DNA of 64,000 nucleotides from a virus, in IMG/VR virus record IMGVR_UViG_3300020429_000529, positions 262,762 to 326,761 of that record. One strand, given 5' to 3'. The notes under the pieces are model-generated. The model ran no database searches. It was not told the DNA's origin and saw nothing but the letters and a program-made list of their open reading frames with translations. Shown in pieces: positions 34,007-43,430 of the stretch. Every line of letters starts with the position of its first letter. Position 1 is the stretch's first letter. A program made the position numbers and the translations under genes.

Positions 34007-35673
34007 TAGATAGACATCTCTTCCAACTCGGAGTTAGAACGTTGCTTTGGGGAGACAGCGTTTCCCTTGGGCTTGATGATGAGTTCTCCCGTGATCTTTG
34101 AGTAGTTTTTGTGACTTGCGCTGCTATTGTGGCCGTAGTAGATGTAGAAGATGTAGGGAGCCAAATCAAAGACCTGCTGAGTAGTGATCGTAGGATCGGC
34201 TTCTCTGAGGTTATGGATAACCGTGTTGACCATTCTGTGGTAGTTCTGATTGCCAAAAATGGTGTTTGGGTTTGAGCGAGAGGCGTAGAACTCCAAAATA
34301 GAAAGACACGCCTTTGCTTCAACTTCGCTCATATCGGGCTTGGTTATCAGCGGTTCCAACTCTTCAAAGACCCGAGTTCGGTAGTAGTTGTTGACCGCAG
34401 AAATTCGGCAGAAGTGGGCGATTTTACGAATGGCAGTATCGAAGTTACCCGAAAACTCGGTTTCGGACTCGTACATCTCGTAGCCCTTGTCAACAATCTC
34501 GTAATCAGAGACAAGCGAATCCTTCTTCTTGCCGCTCAGGCTCTTCGGAAGTTCCTTGGTCCCGAGATCCAGATTTTCGATACTCTGGTCATTGTTCTCG
34601 GATATGAATTCCAGCGCTTCCTTTGCTCGCTTCTTGAGACGGATGTTCTGACCGCCATTAGCGATGATCTCGATGATGTCTTTGTAGGTTGCAGGATTGG
34701 AGAAGAGATCTTCTTGAATCTCTCGATGAGAGGAAACCAAAGAGATCAGTTTCTCTTGGTCAAGCAGAGGCATGGCGAATTGACGGGATGCATCATCCTT
34801 GACGATACGATCCTTGACCGCTTCGTAGTTGTTCTCTTTGCCAAGCCACTTGCGAGCTTCATCGATATTGCTACTCTTCATGAGTTCGGCAAACTCTTCA
34901 TCAGGAATACCTGATCGAATAGACTGATGCAGCTTGTTGGGATTTGAAGCCTGAGGAAGAATAGATCGCAGACTCAGACCAACCCGATTGGCCTTGATCG
35001 CGTACTCAAGACGACGAGGCGATACTTCGAGCTTGACAGTATCGGGAAGAGAATTCCACCAATCGCATGCAGCCTTAGCGACCGAGTTGCCATACTCCGA
35101 AGACAGGTAGCCTTCATCTGGCTTGTATGGAATTTCGATCTGAACTTCGAAGCGATCCTTCTGAGCAGGATCGAGCGCTTCAACATCGAATTCGAGGTCA
35201 TCGTCCTCTTCGGGGTTGATAGCCGCCCAGATTACCTCAAGATTCGGCATGGGATTGCCGTTGATGGTTCCGAACTGAAGAAGCTCCATGACGGCGTTAC
35301 GAACCTTCTTGTGGGCTCGGTTCAACTCGTCAAACATGATGCCTCGAACAGAGGCAAGAGCCAAAGCCCTTGGCCTCACAAAGTCAAGAATCTCGGTCTT
35401 CTTGCCATCGATTTCAACTTCTACAGGTCGAGGAACGCCAACAAGGTCTGCCCACGGATCAAGAGTGGCTGCTGAGAAGTAAAGCCATTCTTGATTGATG
35501 CGACCTGGCTTCTCGTTGCCATCGTCGTCGGTGTAAGGGAAGTTGCGCTCGAAAGCGGCTTTTACTTTGCTCGTCTTGCCGACACCATGACGCCCCTCAA
35601 ACAGGACATTCAGACCTGCTTTGATGAAGGAATCAAGCTCTCGATCTTGCGGCATCTTCTTTGAAAAGGCCAT
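34006..35673 (-). CDS. MoxR-like AAA+ ATPase (AAA_5 type)
   Basis: Walker A GRHGVGKTS; Walker B IMFDELNRA. Confidence 0.65.
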   Translation of the reverse strand: MAFSKKMPQDRELDSFIKAGLNVLFEGRHGVGKTSKVKAAFERNFPYTDDDGNEKPGRINQEWLYFSAATLDPWADLVGVPRPVEVEIDGKKTEILDFVRPRALALASVRGIMFDELNRAHKKVRNAVMELLQFGTINGNPMPNLEVIWAAINPEEDDDLEFDVEALDPAQKDRFEVQIEIPYKPDEGYLSSEYGNSVAKAACDWWNSLPDTVKLEVSPRRLEYAIKANRVGLSLRSILPQASNPNKLHQSIRSGIPDEEFAELMKSSNIDEARKWLGKENNYEAVKDRIVKDDASRQFAMPLLDQEKLISLVSSHREIQEDLFSNPATYKDIIEIIANGGQNIRLKKRAKEALEFISENNDQSIENLDLGTKELPKSLSGKKKDSLVSDYEIVDKGYEMYESETEFSGNFDTAIRKIAHFCRISAVNNYYRTRVFEELEPLITKPDMSEVEAKACLSILEFYASRSNPNTIFGNQNYHRMVNTVIHNLREADPTITTQQVFDLAPYIFYIYYGHNSSASHKNYSKITGELIIKPKGNAVSPKQRSNSELEEMSI

Positions 35674-35733
35674 GCTTACCTCGTCATAGTGAGTTTACGG
35701 CATCATTGTAACACGAAAAGTCTTCACATACAG

Positions 35734-36192
35734 TTAGAGAAGACTGCTCATCACTCGGAAATGTTCTTCTTCATCTGCAAGTAGATCGCTTGCGAGATCG
35801 GCAGTTGCAGGATCGTTTGCGAGTTCTGCTTGTTCGATGAGCGCCTTGTAAATCTCGATTGCTTCGAGTTCGGCTTTCATGATAGCAGATACGCTGAGTT
35901 CAGGGCTTGAGGCGTTGCTCATTTCATTCTGCCCCTCGGAGAACTCAGCATTTCTCACATCAAAGGCAGATGGCACCGGATAGCCGAGAGCAAAAAGACG
36001 ACTGGCGAGTTTCTTGGCGTGCCCGAACTCTTCATCAATATCAGGCTCAATCAAATCCCGGACAATCTGACCATTGAAGCCTTTCAGATTGTGAGAGAGT
36101 TGGATATACGCAAGAGCGGTGTTGATCTCTGCGAAGTATCCTTCACGAAGCAGGCGATGAACTTCAGCTTGTGGCTTGGACGACGCTTCCAT
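35734..36192 (-). CDS. ferritin-like diiron protein (bacterioferritin/Dps/rubrerythrin superfamily)
   Basis: Paired E..H helices: EEFGHAKK, LLADEEEHF. Confidence 0.55.
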   Translation of the reverse strand: MEASSKPQAEVHRLLREGYFAEINTALAYIQLSHNLKGFNGQIVRDLIEPDIDEEFGHAKKLASRLFALGYPVPSAFDVRNAEFSEGQNEMSNASSPELSVSAIMKAELEAIEIYKALIEQAELANDPATADLASDLLADEEEHFRVMSSLL

Positions 36193-37252
36193 CTACTTCT
36201 CCTCGGGCGTATGCCCCGCAAACGGTTTCAAGAAGGACTCCGCATACGAGATACGGATCGATGTTTGCTGCTGGTCGTCGGTCCTCAAGGTATCCCTTGC
36301 CTTCTTTGACGATTGCAGGCGGAACTCGGATTGAAGCCCCTCTGTCCGATTCTCCAAATCGGTATTCTTCAATACTACAAGTCTCGTGTTCACCTGTGAG
36401 TCTTTCGTGATTTTGATGTCCGTAGACTTTCAGGTGTTCATCAACTCGCTCTCCGATGGCTTCGCAGATCGCCGTCCAATGTTCCGCAGGGCACTTGTTC
36501 CGCATCTGTCGAGTGCTGAAGTTCGTATGACAACCAGCGCCGTTCCAGTCGCCCTTGATTGGTTTGGGATCAAGCTTGATGGTGCATCCGTGCTGTTCGC
36601 CAACTCGATTCAGAAGGAAACGGGCAAGCCAGAGATTGTCGGCGGCATCAAGAGCCTCAAGCGGTCCTGTTTGGAACTCCCATTGCGACGGCATAACCTC
36701 AGCATTGGTTCCAACGATGCTCATATCTGCCCAGAGACAGGCTTCAAGATGATCGTTGCTGATATCTCGGCCCCACGCAACATCATCTCCTACGCCGCAG
36801 TAGTATTTACCTTGCGGAGAAGGAAAACCAGAGATAGGCCAACGGTAAGGAGCGGTTCCTTCTCCGTCATAGATGGTGTATTCTTGCTCGAAAGCAAACC
36901 ACATTTTATGGCTTTCGTACTTCTCAGCAAGTTCAACAAGACCTGCTCGGGTGCTTGTTTCATGGGGCTTGCCATTAGGGTTGGCAACATCGCACAAGAC
37001 AATCAGAGACATGTCACCTGATGAAGCATTGGGACGGTAGAGAGGATTTTCGATTACTCGCACGGGCTTGAGAATTATATCGCTCTTGTTCCCAGGAGCC
37101 TGGTTGGTGCTTGACCCATCGAAACCCCAGTCGGGATAGTGTTCGGGCTCGAAGCTTCGAAACTCTTCAACATTCATCACCTTGATCTTTGATCTCAGGT
37201 TCTTGACAGCGTTACCATCAAGCCATACATACTCAAGCACCAGCCGAATCAT
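36164..37252 (-). CDS. glutamine synthetase type II (track ORF extends to TTG 37363)
   Basis: MIRLVLEYVWLDG N-terminus, GKYYCGVG and NGAGCHTNFS motifs typical of GSII. Confidence 0.7.
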   Translation of the reverse strand: MIRLVLEYVWLDGNAVKNLRSKIKVMNVEEFRSFEPEHYPDWGFDGSSTNQAPGNKSDIILKPVRVIENPLYRPNASSGDMSLIVLCDVANPNGKPHETSTRAGLVELAEKYESHKMWFAFEQEYTIYDGEGTAPYRWPISGFPSPQGKYYCGVGDDVAWGRDISNDHLEACLWADMSIVGTNAEVMPSQWEFQTGPLEALDAADNLWLARFLLNRVGEQHGCTIKLDPKPIKGDWNGAGCHTNFSTRQMRNKCPAEHWTAICEAIGERVDEHLKVYGHQNHERLTGEHETCSIEEYRFGESDRGASIRVPPAIVKEGKGYLEDRRPAANIDPYLVCGVLLETVCGAYARGEVDGSVVQATS

Positions 37253-37733
37253 TCTTGTTCTCCTCCGCGAGAAATACGCTCTCGACATCCGGCTGAATGA
37301 AGTCAGCAGGTATGTCATCTGTTTTTGTCGGTAGTCTAATGAGATCGCTTGCGAGACTGCCAATGGCTCTTTCTCGGAACCGCTTGGACCGCTGCAGGGC
37401 TTCTTCTATGGAACTGTCTCGAAACGCCATGACCTCTTCTCCTCAACGACCATATCGGTCTTCTGTGGCCAGTAATTCACTGGCTCTACAGCGATTTGAG
37501 GCAAAAGCCTCTTTGATGCGTGTAGTTCTCTTATCCGATGACAGAGTTGGCCGAAAGAACACATTGGCTCTTGGAGGACCGCCTTGTGAGGCTCCCCATA
37601 ATCGATCTCAACTTCTCGGACTGCTCCGTTTGCGAGGAACGAATACGGTTGTCGTTCGCGAACACGCTGACCAGCTTCAGGTGCCGCCGATTTAGGGTAC
37701 AATGAGGTTGCAGTATAAGTCAAAGGTGACATC

Positions 37734-38252
37734 ATGAGCGACCAGGCGATTGCCGAAAAACAACGCAACTACTCGTTTCTCTCGAAGAAGGCCGACTCGC
37801 TCGATTCGGTTGAGATCGATGGTCAAGAGTTTGTTGTTCCAGCGCAGAACGGTTCATGCTATTGGGCCATCATTAAAATCGGGTATCTTCATCATGATGA
37901 GCCCCTCTCACTCGATACTTTCATCGATGAGGTGGCCGAGCTTCTCGAAGAACGAGACCCCATCAAGTGGGACAAGTTCAAGAATAAGAAGCGAGTCAAG
38001 ACGCTGAAGAACGGAGAGGTTGTCGAGAAGCCCGCAAACTGTTGGCGGAAGAGAATCGAGACCAATATCAAAACTTTGACCAGAGATGGCGGCAGCAATC
38101 CTTATGGTCAAAGGCTGATTGAAAGAGGTCACATTCTTCGCTATGAGCCCTTCCACTTCGGAGGCAGAGGGGCTTTTGTGTTGCGCACGAATACCAATAG
38201 GCCGCTTGAACTCAAGAAGGGACGATCATCTCGCGACTCCGAGAAGGAGTAA
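37734..38252 (+). CDS. hypothetical protein
   Basis: 172-aa ORF with aaggtga SD-like upstream. Confidence 0.4.
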   Translation: MSDQAIAEKQRNYSFLSKKADSLDSVEIDGQEFVVPAQNGSCYWAIIKIGYLHHDEPLSLDTFIDEVAELLEERDPIKWDKFKNKKRVKTLKNGEVVEKPANCWRKRIETNIKTLTRDGGSNPYGQRLIERGHILRYEPFHFGGRGAFVLRTNTNRPLELKKGRSSRDSEKE

Positions 38253-38308
38253 CGCAGTCGTTCCCGTAAAGCAACATACGCAATGTCGCGGATAACAGGA
38301 GAGCCAAA

Positions 38309-38497
38309 ATGGGATTCATTCTTGGACTGATCGTAGGCGTCGTCGTTGGCGGCGGTCTTGTCATCGTTTTTGGCAAGAACAACAAGAAGAAGGTAGAGGC
38401 TGCTCGTTCGGCAATCGTCGATGCATATGAGAAAATCAAAGACAAGTTTGATGGCGATGAGGACGATGCAAAGCAGGCAGTTGACAAGATTCGCTAA
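38309..38497 (+). CDS. small single-TM protein
   Basis: acaggagagcc SD; GFILGLIVGVVVGGGLVIVF helix. Confidence 0.4.
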   Translation: MGFILGLIVGVVVGGGLVIVFGKNNKKKVEAARSAIVDAYEKIKDKFDGDEDDAKQAVDKIR

Positions 38498-38578
38498 CTT
38501 ACCAGGCGATGACTGAACAGATAGACCGTCGCCTGTTGAGAAGCAGGCGGCGGTTTTCGCATATAGCCGATATAGACC

Positions 38579-38764
38579 ATGGTTGATCGATGCATCTGTT
38601 TTGATACCACCTTCAAGGAAATCCTTGAGCTTGTTGAGAGCGGTAAGACGCTTGAAGAAGTAATGGAAGAGACAGGGGCGGGCCAAGGTTGCGGAATGTG
38701 CATTCCATACATACAGCTAACCATTGAAACAAAACAGGTCGATCATCCTGTGACTAAGTTCTGA
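38579..38764 (+). CDS. BFD-like [2Fe-2S]-binding domain protein (bacterioferritin-associated ferredoxin-like)
   Basis: CxC...GCGxC pattern: CICFDTT...GAGQGCGMC. Confidence 0.5.
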   Translation: MVDRCICFDTTFKEILELVESGKTLEEVMEETGAGQGCGMCIPYIQLTIETKQVDHPVTKF

Positions 38765-38774
38765 GGAGACAGTT

Positions 38775-39101
38775 ATGGCAATGACATGGGAAGAGGCGCA
38801 GCAAGGCGCTCTCGCTAATCTGATGACTGCGCTGGTTGAGCTTTCACTCAACGGGGCTACGCTTGATTCCAACGCAAGAGATGATCTTGAGGAAGTAATC
38901 GATGATGCCAAGACTGACCTGAATACGCTCGGCGGTCAAGATCTGGATTCAAATATCGATGGCTCCCTTGAGACAGCAATTGAAACTCGCGCTACTGAAA
39001 TCGGAAACATTCAAGCGGGCAAGCTCAAAGATGGAACCCTTATCATCGGCGGCGGCAAGGGCGGCGAAATCGGAGGAGAGGGAGAAGGCGGCATTCTTTG
39101 A
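38775..39101 (+). CDS. hypothetical protein
   Basis: 108-aa ORF. Confidence 0.35.
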   Translation: MAMTWEEAQQGALANLMTALVELSLNGATLDSNARDDLEEVIDDAKTDLNTLGGQDLDSNIDGSLETAIETRATEIGNIQAGKLKDGTLIIGGGKGGEIGGEGEGGIL

Positions 39102-39117
39102 ATCAGGTGACTTTCTG

Positions 39118-39555
39118 ATGGATAGAATGAAGCAGAAGGAGAATGCGATGTTTGGATGGTTTGTGGTAGCTACAAACGCAGTTCAACTTGCGATACTGGG
39201 CAGAGATACAGCGAACCGAGCCCGGAAAACCAAGCTCGGTCGCAATATCGAAAAGAATGTCCGATCTATACCTGAAACTCAGCCTGTCAAAGCAATCCGC
39301 TCGACGAGAGTGGTCCGTTCCTTGGAGGATGGTTGTTCGAAGCTCGTCTCTGCGGTAGGAGATCAGTTGTCAACTGACGAGGCAGAACCGCAGAAGACTG
39401 AAGAGGGCGCTGCGGTTGATTGTCAGGAACATTCGAGTTCAGATAACCAGAGTCCAAAGCAGGCTGAACAACCCGCTGTTGCCAAAACTCCTCAATCGAA
39501 AGACCGCTCAACGGAACAAACATGTCCAACAACTGATTCCTGCCAGCAAAAATAA
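39118..39555 (+). CDS. hypothetical protein, conflicts with convergent ORF on the opposite strand
   Basis: ATG 39118; 3' 270 nt overlap with 39287..40354(-); both overlap regions are low-complexity. Confidence 0.2.
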   Translation: MDRMKQKENAMFGWFVVATNAVQLAILGRDTANRARKTKLGRNIEKNVRSIPETQPVKAIRSTRVVRSLEDGCSKLVSAVGDQLSTDEAEPQKTEEGAAVDCQEHSSSDNQSPKQAEQPAVAKTPQSKDRSTEQTCPTTDSCQQK

Positions 39556-40354
39556 CCGCATCGGTTATCCCAAGATCCCTACATGCAGTAAACCAGATTT
39601 CAAGCGTTCGAGGACCATGCGCTCCTGCTGTACCGTCGCTTGATGTACCTTGAAGCCAGAACGAAGGTATTGCTTGCTTTCCGAGCGAACGAGCATACTC
39701 CTGTATGCGTCGGATGTTCTTGTAGTGGTAATCGTATTTGCCCTCATCAGTATCTTGGTCGGCTATTGATTCATTGACCTGATACGAATGAACATCGATG
39801 AAATCTTGGTATTCAAGAAGAGGAGCAAGCTTCTCTTCTTCTCCATCAACTCTTTCAAGCCCTCGCCTTGACTTTGTGACAAAGCTACAGCCCGGCAGAT
39901 GATACCAAGCATGCTTTGCTTTCGGGTATTTCTTTTTCATCATCTCAAGGAATACAATCATTGCTGGTTGAACAATGTCGGTTATCCGTTCAATCTCTTC
40001 GGGATCTTCGATAGAGTCAGCCGATTGCGTTTGCCCCCAAGTCCCCCAATACTCGCCGATTGGAGGTAGGGTCTCGTTGTCATATAGCATATACCCGTCC
40101 CAGTCGGGAGGAAGAAAGTCTACTCCATCAAGATTACGCTGGGCTTCTTCTACCCAATCCATAGTCCTGCCGGCGGCAAGATCATCGATGTCATAGAAAT
40201 GGGGAGCTAAACTTGTTCCGTAGTGGCGAAAGGCTCGGATTTTGAGATTAGTCTGAGTAAACCAGACGTAATCTTTCTTGGTGTGCGGCCCGAGGTCTAA
40301 CGATCTCAGTTGCTCTACGGGCAAGTTGATACCAAAATGAATACGAGCGGTCAT
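39287..40354 (-). CDS. hypothetical protein (possible glycoside hydrolase-like), C-terminal tail uncertain
   Basis: ATG 40354 preceded by caGGAGcgaac; W/Y-rich globular region, Q/P-rich tail. Confidence 0.4.
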   Translation of the reverse strand: MTARIHFGINLPVEQLRSLDLGPHTKKDYVWFTQTNLKIRAFRHYGTSLAPHFYDIDDLAAGRTMDWVEEAQRNLDGVDFLPPDWDGYMLYDNETLPPIGEYWGTWGQTQSADSIEDPEEIERITDIVQPAMIVFLEMMKKKYPKAKHAWYHLPGCSFVTKSRRGLERVDGEEEKLAPLLEYQDFIDVHSYQVNESIADQDTDEGKYDYHYKNIRRIQEYARSLGKQAIPSFWLQGTSSDGTAGAHGPRTLEIWFTACRDLGITDAVIFAGRNQLLDMFVPLSGLSIEEFWQQRVVQPALDSGYLNSNVPDNQPQRPLQSSAVLPRQLTTDLLPQRRASNNHPPRNGPLSSSGLL

Positions 40355-40499
40355 GGTTCGCTCCTGTTGAAAAGGTTGATGCTGTTGCTGTAGCACTACA
40401 GGGGCACAGATAAAACCCCTTGCGAAAACCAGTTTCGTTAGGGATAAACCTGATGTAAATCTGATTCAGATAGGGAAAACGACCCACCCGAACGGAGGG

Positions 40500-41561
40500 T
40501 TAGAAGCCGGTACTCTCGTTATTCGGATATCTTGTTCCGTAGATCGATGATCGCCAGTCTGTAGAGTATTCGGCCTTTTGTCGGGCATAGTTAATGTGGG
40601 GGATGTTGGTTTTTGCAAGCCTTGATCGATCGATTGCATCCCATGTATTGACAATCAAGTAACGAGTGATGATGCTGTTCGGAGCTTCTTCAAAGTCTCC
40701 ATCCGTAAACTTCTTGTGAGTCTCAGCAACAACATGCTTCAGTTTGTCGAAATCGGATCGAGCAACTGACTCTTCATCAGTGCCGTACTTCCAAAACTCT
40801 TCGCAAACCATGATACCATTGTGCCAGTTCCAGGCATTGAGAGTAAGAACAATCAACTCTCTGGTCTTTGTGTAGCGACACGAAATCTCGTAGGCATCGA
40901 TGACCCATCTCTTGTAATCGCCAAATGACCAAGTAACCTGTTCTTGCTTGAAGTTAGGATAGTCAGTGATCTCTTCGTGATTGCCGTTTTCCATTGCCTT
41001 CTGCGAAGCCGCTGTCTTCTCTCGACCGTAACTACTGGTCAGATCGCGAACAGTTCCGGTCTCGCCGAAACTCGTATCGCCATCGTATTCAAGATATTGC
41101 TTGTAGTATCCCTCAAGGCGACCCTTGGCAAAGACTTCGAGGTCTTTCCAGATCTTTTTGTCATCGCAGTATTCGCAGTCGAACTCTGCATTATCTCTGG
41201 GGTATGCTTTGCCGCTGTCATCGGGATCGGATAGGTTTGGATTATTCTCAGGTATGACAATGAACTTGATACCTATCGAGAACGTACTGTCCTCATCATG
41301 CTTGTAGAACTCTTGGCAACGGAAGTAGTATGTCGGGCATTGCCAGTCTCCGCCCGCTGAGCGAAGTTCGGCATAGACAACCGTCTTGGCATGGTTGCCG
41401 ATGTTGCCCATGTCAATCTCTTTGTCTGCGACAACATCGTCGTTCTCGGTATCAAAGCTGATGCCTGATCGCTCCATTTCGTCGCGCAACAAATCTCGCC
41501 AGAGACTCTGAATCTCTTCGTTATACTCGAAGTCTCGTTTTGCGATCTTGTACCAGTTCAA
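40500..41561 (-). CDS. MNWYK-family protein (353 aa)
   Basis: TTG start overlapping upstream stop; N-terminus MNWYKIAK. Confidence 0.5.
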   Translation of the reverse strand: MNWYKIAKRDFEYNEEIQSLWRDLLRDEMERSGISFDTENDDVVADKEIDMGNIGNHAKTVVYAELRSAGGDWQCPTYYFRCQEFYKHDEDSTFSIGIKFIVIPENNPNLSDPDDSGKAYPRDNAEFDCEYCDDKKIWKDLEVFAKGRLEGYYKQYLEYDGDTSFGETGTVRDLTSSYGREKTAASQKAMENGNHEEITDYPNFKQEQVTWSFGDYKRWVIDAYEISCRYTKTRELIVLTLNAWNWHNGIMVCEEFWKYGTDEESVARSDFDKLKHVVAETHKKFTDGDFEEAPNSIITRYLIVNTWDAIDRSRLAKTNIPHINYARQKAEYSTDWRSSIYGTRYPNNESTGF

Positions 41562-42085
41562 CGTAGCTTCCTATACCAGTTAGAACTCGTCTTTGGCTGA
41601 AGGCCTTCGTTGACCTCTTTACCTTGGTCTTGCCAGTCGATTTTCTCGCGGCTCTTGGATTCGGCAATCTCTTTGAACTCGTCGAAAGGAACTTCGGTCA
41701 TTCCGCCAAAGAAATCGCTTCGATCATAATGATGCAGGTATGCTGTTTTCGCAGCTTCAGCATCATCAAATCCAAGCATAACCTTCTCTTCGTCAAACTC
41801 GTGATCTTTGTACGGATTGACTTGGTGAACAACGTAAGCGTTCTTCGCTTCCCAGTTGGGGCCAAGGTAGACATCGAGCCCTTCCTCGTCGCCGCCCTTC
41901 TGAGAAAAGATGAAGCCGTAATCGTACTTCATCTTGGTTCGCCATTCATGACCATCAGGATCTACGCCGATACGTTCTGTACCAGCGGGATTCTCTACAT
42001 TGATGCGAAGTCCGTTGAAGTCTCGGATCATACCAAGATCTTCTTCGGGCACTTCTGCATGTTTGATGGTCTTATACCAGTTCAT
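41558..42085 (-). CDS. MNWYK-family protein (175 aa), also ends SNWYRKLR
   Basis: ATGA overlap with upstream stop; N-terminus MNWYKTIK. Confidence 0.5.
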   Translation of the reverse strand: MNWYKTIKHAEVPEEDLGMIRDFNGLRINVENPAGTERIGVDPDGHEWRTKMKYDYGFIFSQKGGDEEGLDVYLGPNWEAKNAYVVHQVNPYKDHEFDEEKVMLGFDDAEAAKTAYLHHYDRSDFFGGMTEVPFDEFKEIAESKSREKIDWQDQGKEVNEGLQPKTSSNWYRKLR

Positions 42086-42369
42086 AGTAATGTCTTCTTT
42101 GCCAGAGGCAGGTCAAATTTCCCAAGGTATCCGCCGTCCAAAGATACGTCGCACTTATCTGTTACGGCTCTGCCTGAATGATCTGCTGCATCAGTTTGAG
42201 CAAGAACATTGTGAAGAGCAACGGTCATGCCGCATCGACTGCATCTATTGGTCAGAAAAGCGGTCCATGGACCAAGCGAATGACCAAGATCTTTCGCTTT
42301 ACTCTCAGCAGCGGCAATGTGACTGTCTCTGACAGAATGGACTTCCTTGAGCTTGTGATACCAGTTCAT
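42082..42369 (-). CDS. MNWYK-family protein (95 aa)
   Basis: N-terminus MNWYHKLK; first gene of a three-gene coupled unit. Confidence 0.45.
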   Translation of the reverse strand: MNWYHKLKEVHSVRDSHIAAAESKAKDLGHSLGPWTAFLTNRCSRCGMTVALHNVLAQTDAADHSGRAVTDKCDVSLDGGYLGKFDLPLAKKTLL

Positions 42370-42454
42370 GCTATGAGAGTATTTCGTCTAACTTTCAACA
42401 ATCCCTTCAAGTGTTTAGCGGCAATGGGTCGCAGAAAAAGACGATAGAAGAACC

Positions 42455-43102
42455 ATGAGCCAGCTTGAAGTTATTGATGATCTGTCTCCGTCTATGCCGA
42501 GTATCGGATCTTGGCCCTTTGAGAAGTGGCATTCCACCAACAATACAGGATACTATCACAAGTCATCCGAAGCCCCTTCTCCAAAATATGACAATGAGTC
42601 ATATGCCTTGCTCGATCCCATTCTCCGCCCCCTCTGTTTGTCCTTGCATCAGCAGAACATCTTGACGACTCCGAGCCGCTCAGGCTCTTTCTACGAGCGT
42701 TCGGATCTCAAGCAAGTATGGAATCAACTCAAGGCGGAAGAGCGCCTCATACGCCGTCGAGGGCTCTCTGTGACGAATGCAGATACCAAAGAGCAAGTCT
42801 TGTTTACAAACAAGCGGTATCAGTTGCCGTGGAATACGTTTGAGGATTTTGAGAAAGAAGCCGATGCAAGTCACAGGATCGGATGTCTCGGGATCATAGT
42901 TCCCGAAAACTTGCAGCGACTCAGCGAAAAGTTGAAGGAATTCAACTACTCGACTTCGTATACGAAGGTTGAACACGCCGCTGATTTGGATGGCGGTTCT
43001 CAGCTATTCCATGTCACTGTTCAAGCGCCGGATGAGGATCAGCAGACTCAAGAGTGGCGTCTTGTGACAGTTTTCTTTCTGAAGCTGCTGAACGAGAAGT
43101 AA
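42455..43102 (+). CDS. hypothetical protein
   Basis: 215-aa ORF. Confidence 0.4.
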   Translation: MSQLEVIDDLSPSMPSIGSWPFEKWHSTNNTGYYHKSSEAPSPKYDNESYALLDPILRPLCLSLHQQNILTTPSRSGSFYERSDLKQVWNQLKAEERLIRRRGLSVTNADTKEQVLFTNKRYQLPWNTFEDFEKEADASHRIGCLGIIVPENLQRLSEKLKEFNYSTSYTKVEHAADLDGGSQLFHVTVQAPDEDQQTQEWRLVTVFFLKLLNEK

Positions 43103-43103
43103 C

Positions 43104-43430
43104 ATGGCAGAGTTCAAAAAGACGTTGCGTATTGGGGCAGCCGTTTTTCTCGTCCTCACAGGACTGTCGATCATGGTGTCGTCGCTTGCCCTTGGCGCAG
43201 GCGTTATCTCCCTGACATCATCTGAGATCAGCGTTCAAAAGTACCGAGAAGGCTTCATTGAAGGATACGATCGAGGCTATGACCAGGGATTAGAGGACAC
43301 GATCAGGGCTCTTCTCGGGACTGGTCTGTTGCCCGATAGCGGCGAAGGCGTCATTCCGATTGATCCCAATGGTCCGAAGATTTACCCCGAGATCCCGAAT
43401 CTCGAAGACGAAGTAGAAAGCCAAACATGA
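43104..43430 (+). CDS. small membrane protein
   Basis: N-terminal TM helix AAVFLVLTGLSIMVSSLALGAGVI. Confidence 0.4.
   Translation: MAEFKKTLRIGAAVFLVLTGLSIMVSSLALGAGVISLTSSEISVQKYREGFIEGYDRGYDQGLEDTIRALLGTGLLPDSGEGVIPIDPNGPKIYPEIPNLEDEVESQT

Noticed and set aside
37230-37265. Apparent one-base disagreement between my manual reading of this stretch and the frames in the ORF track (GS N-terminus and the 37233-37430 ORF)
   Set aside because: This is most likely my own transcription slip while hand-indexing. The ORF-track coordinates were treated as authoritative.
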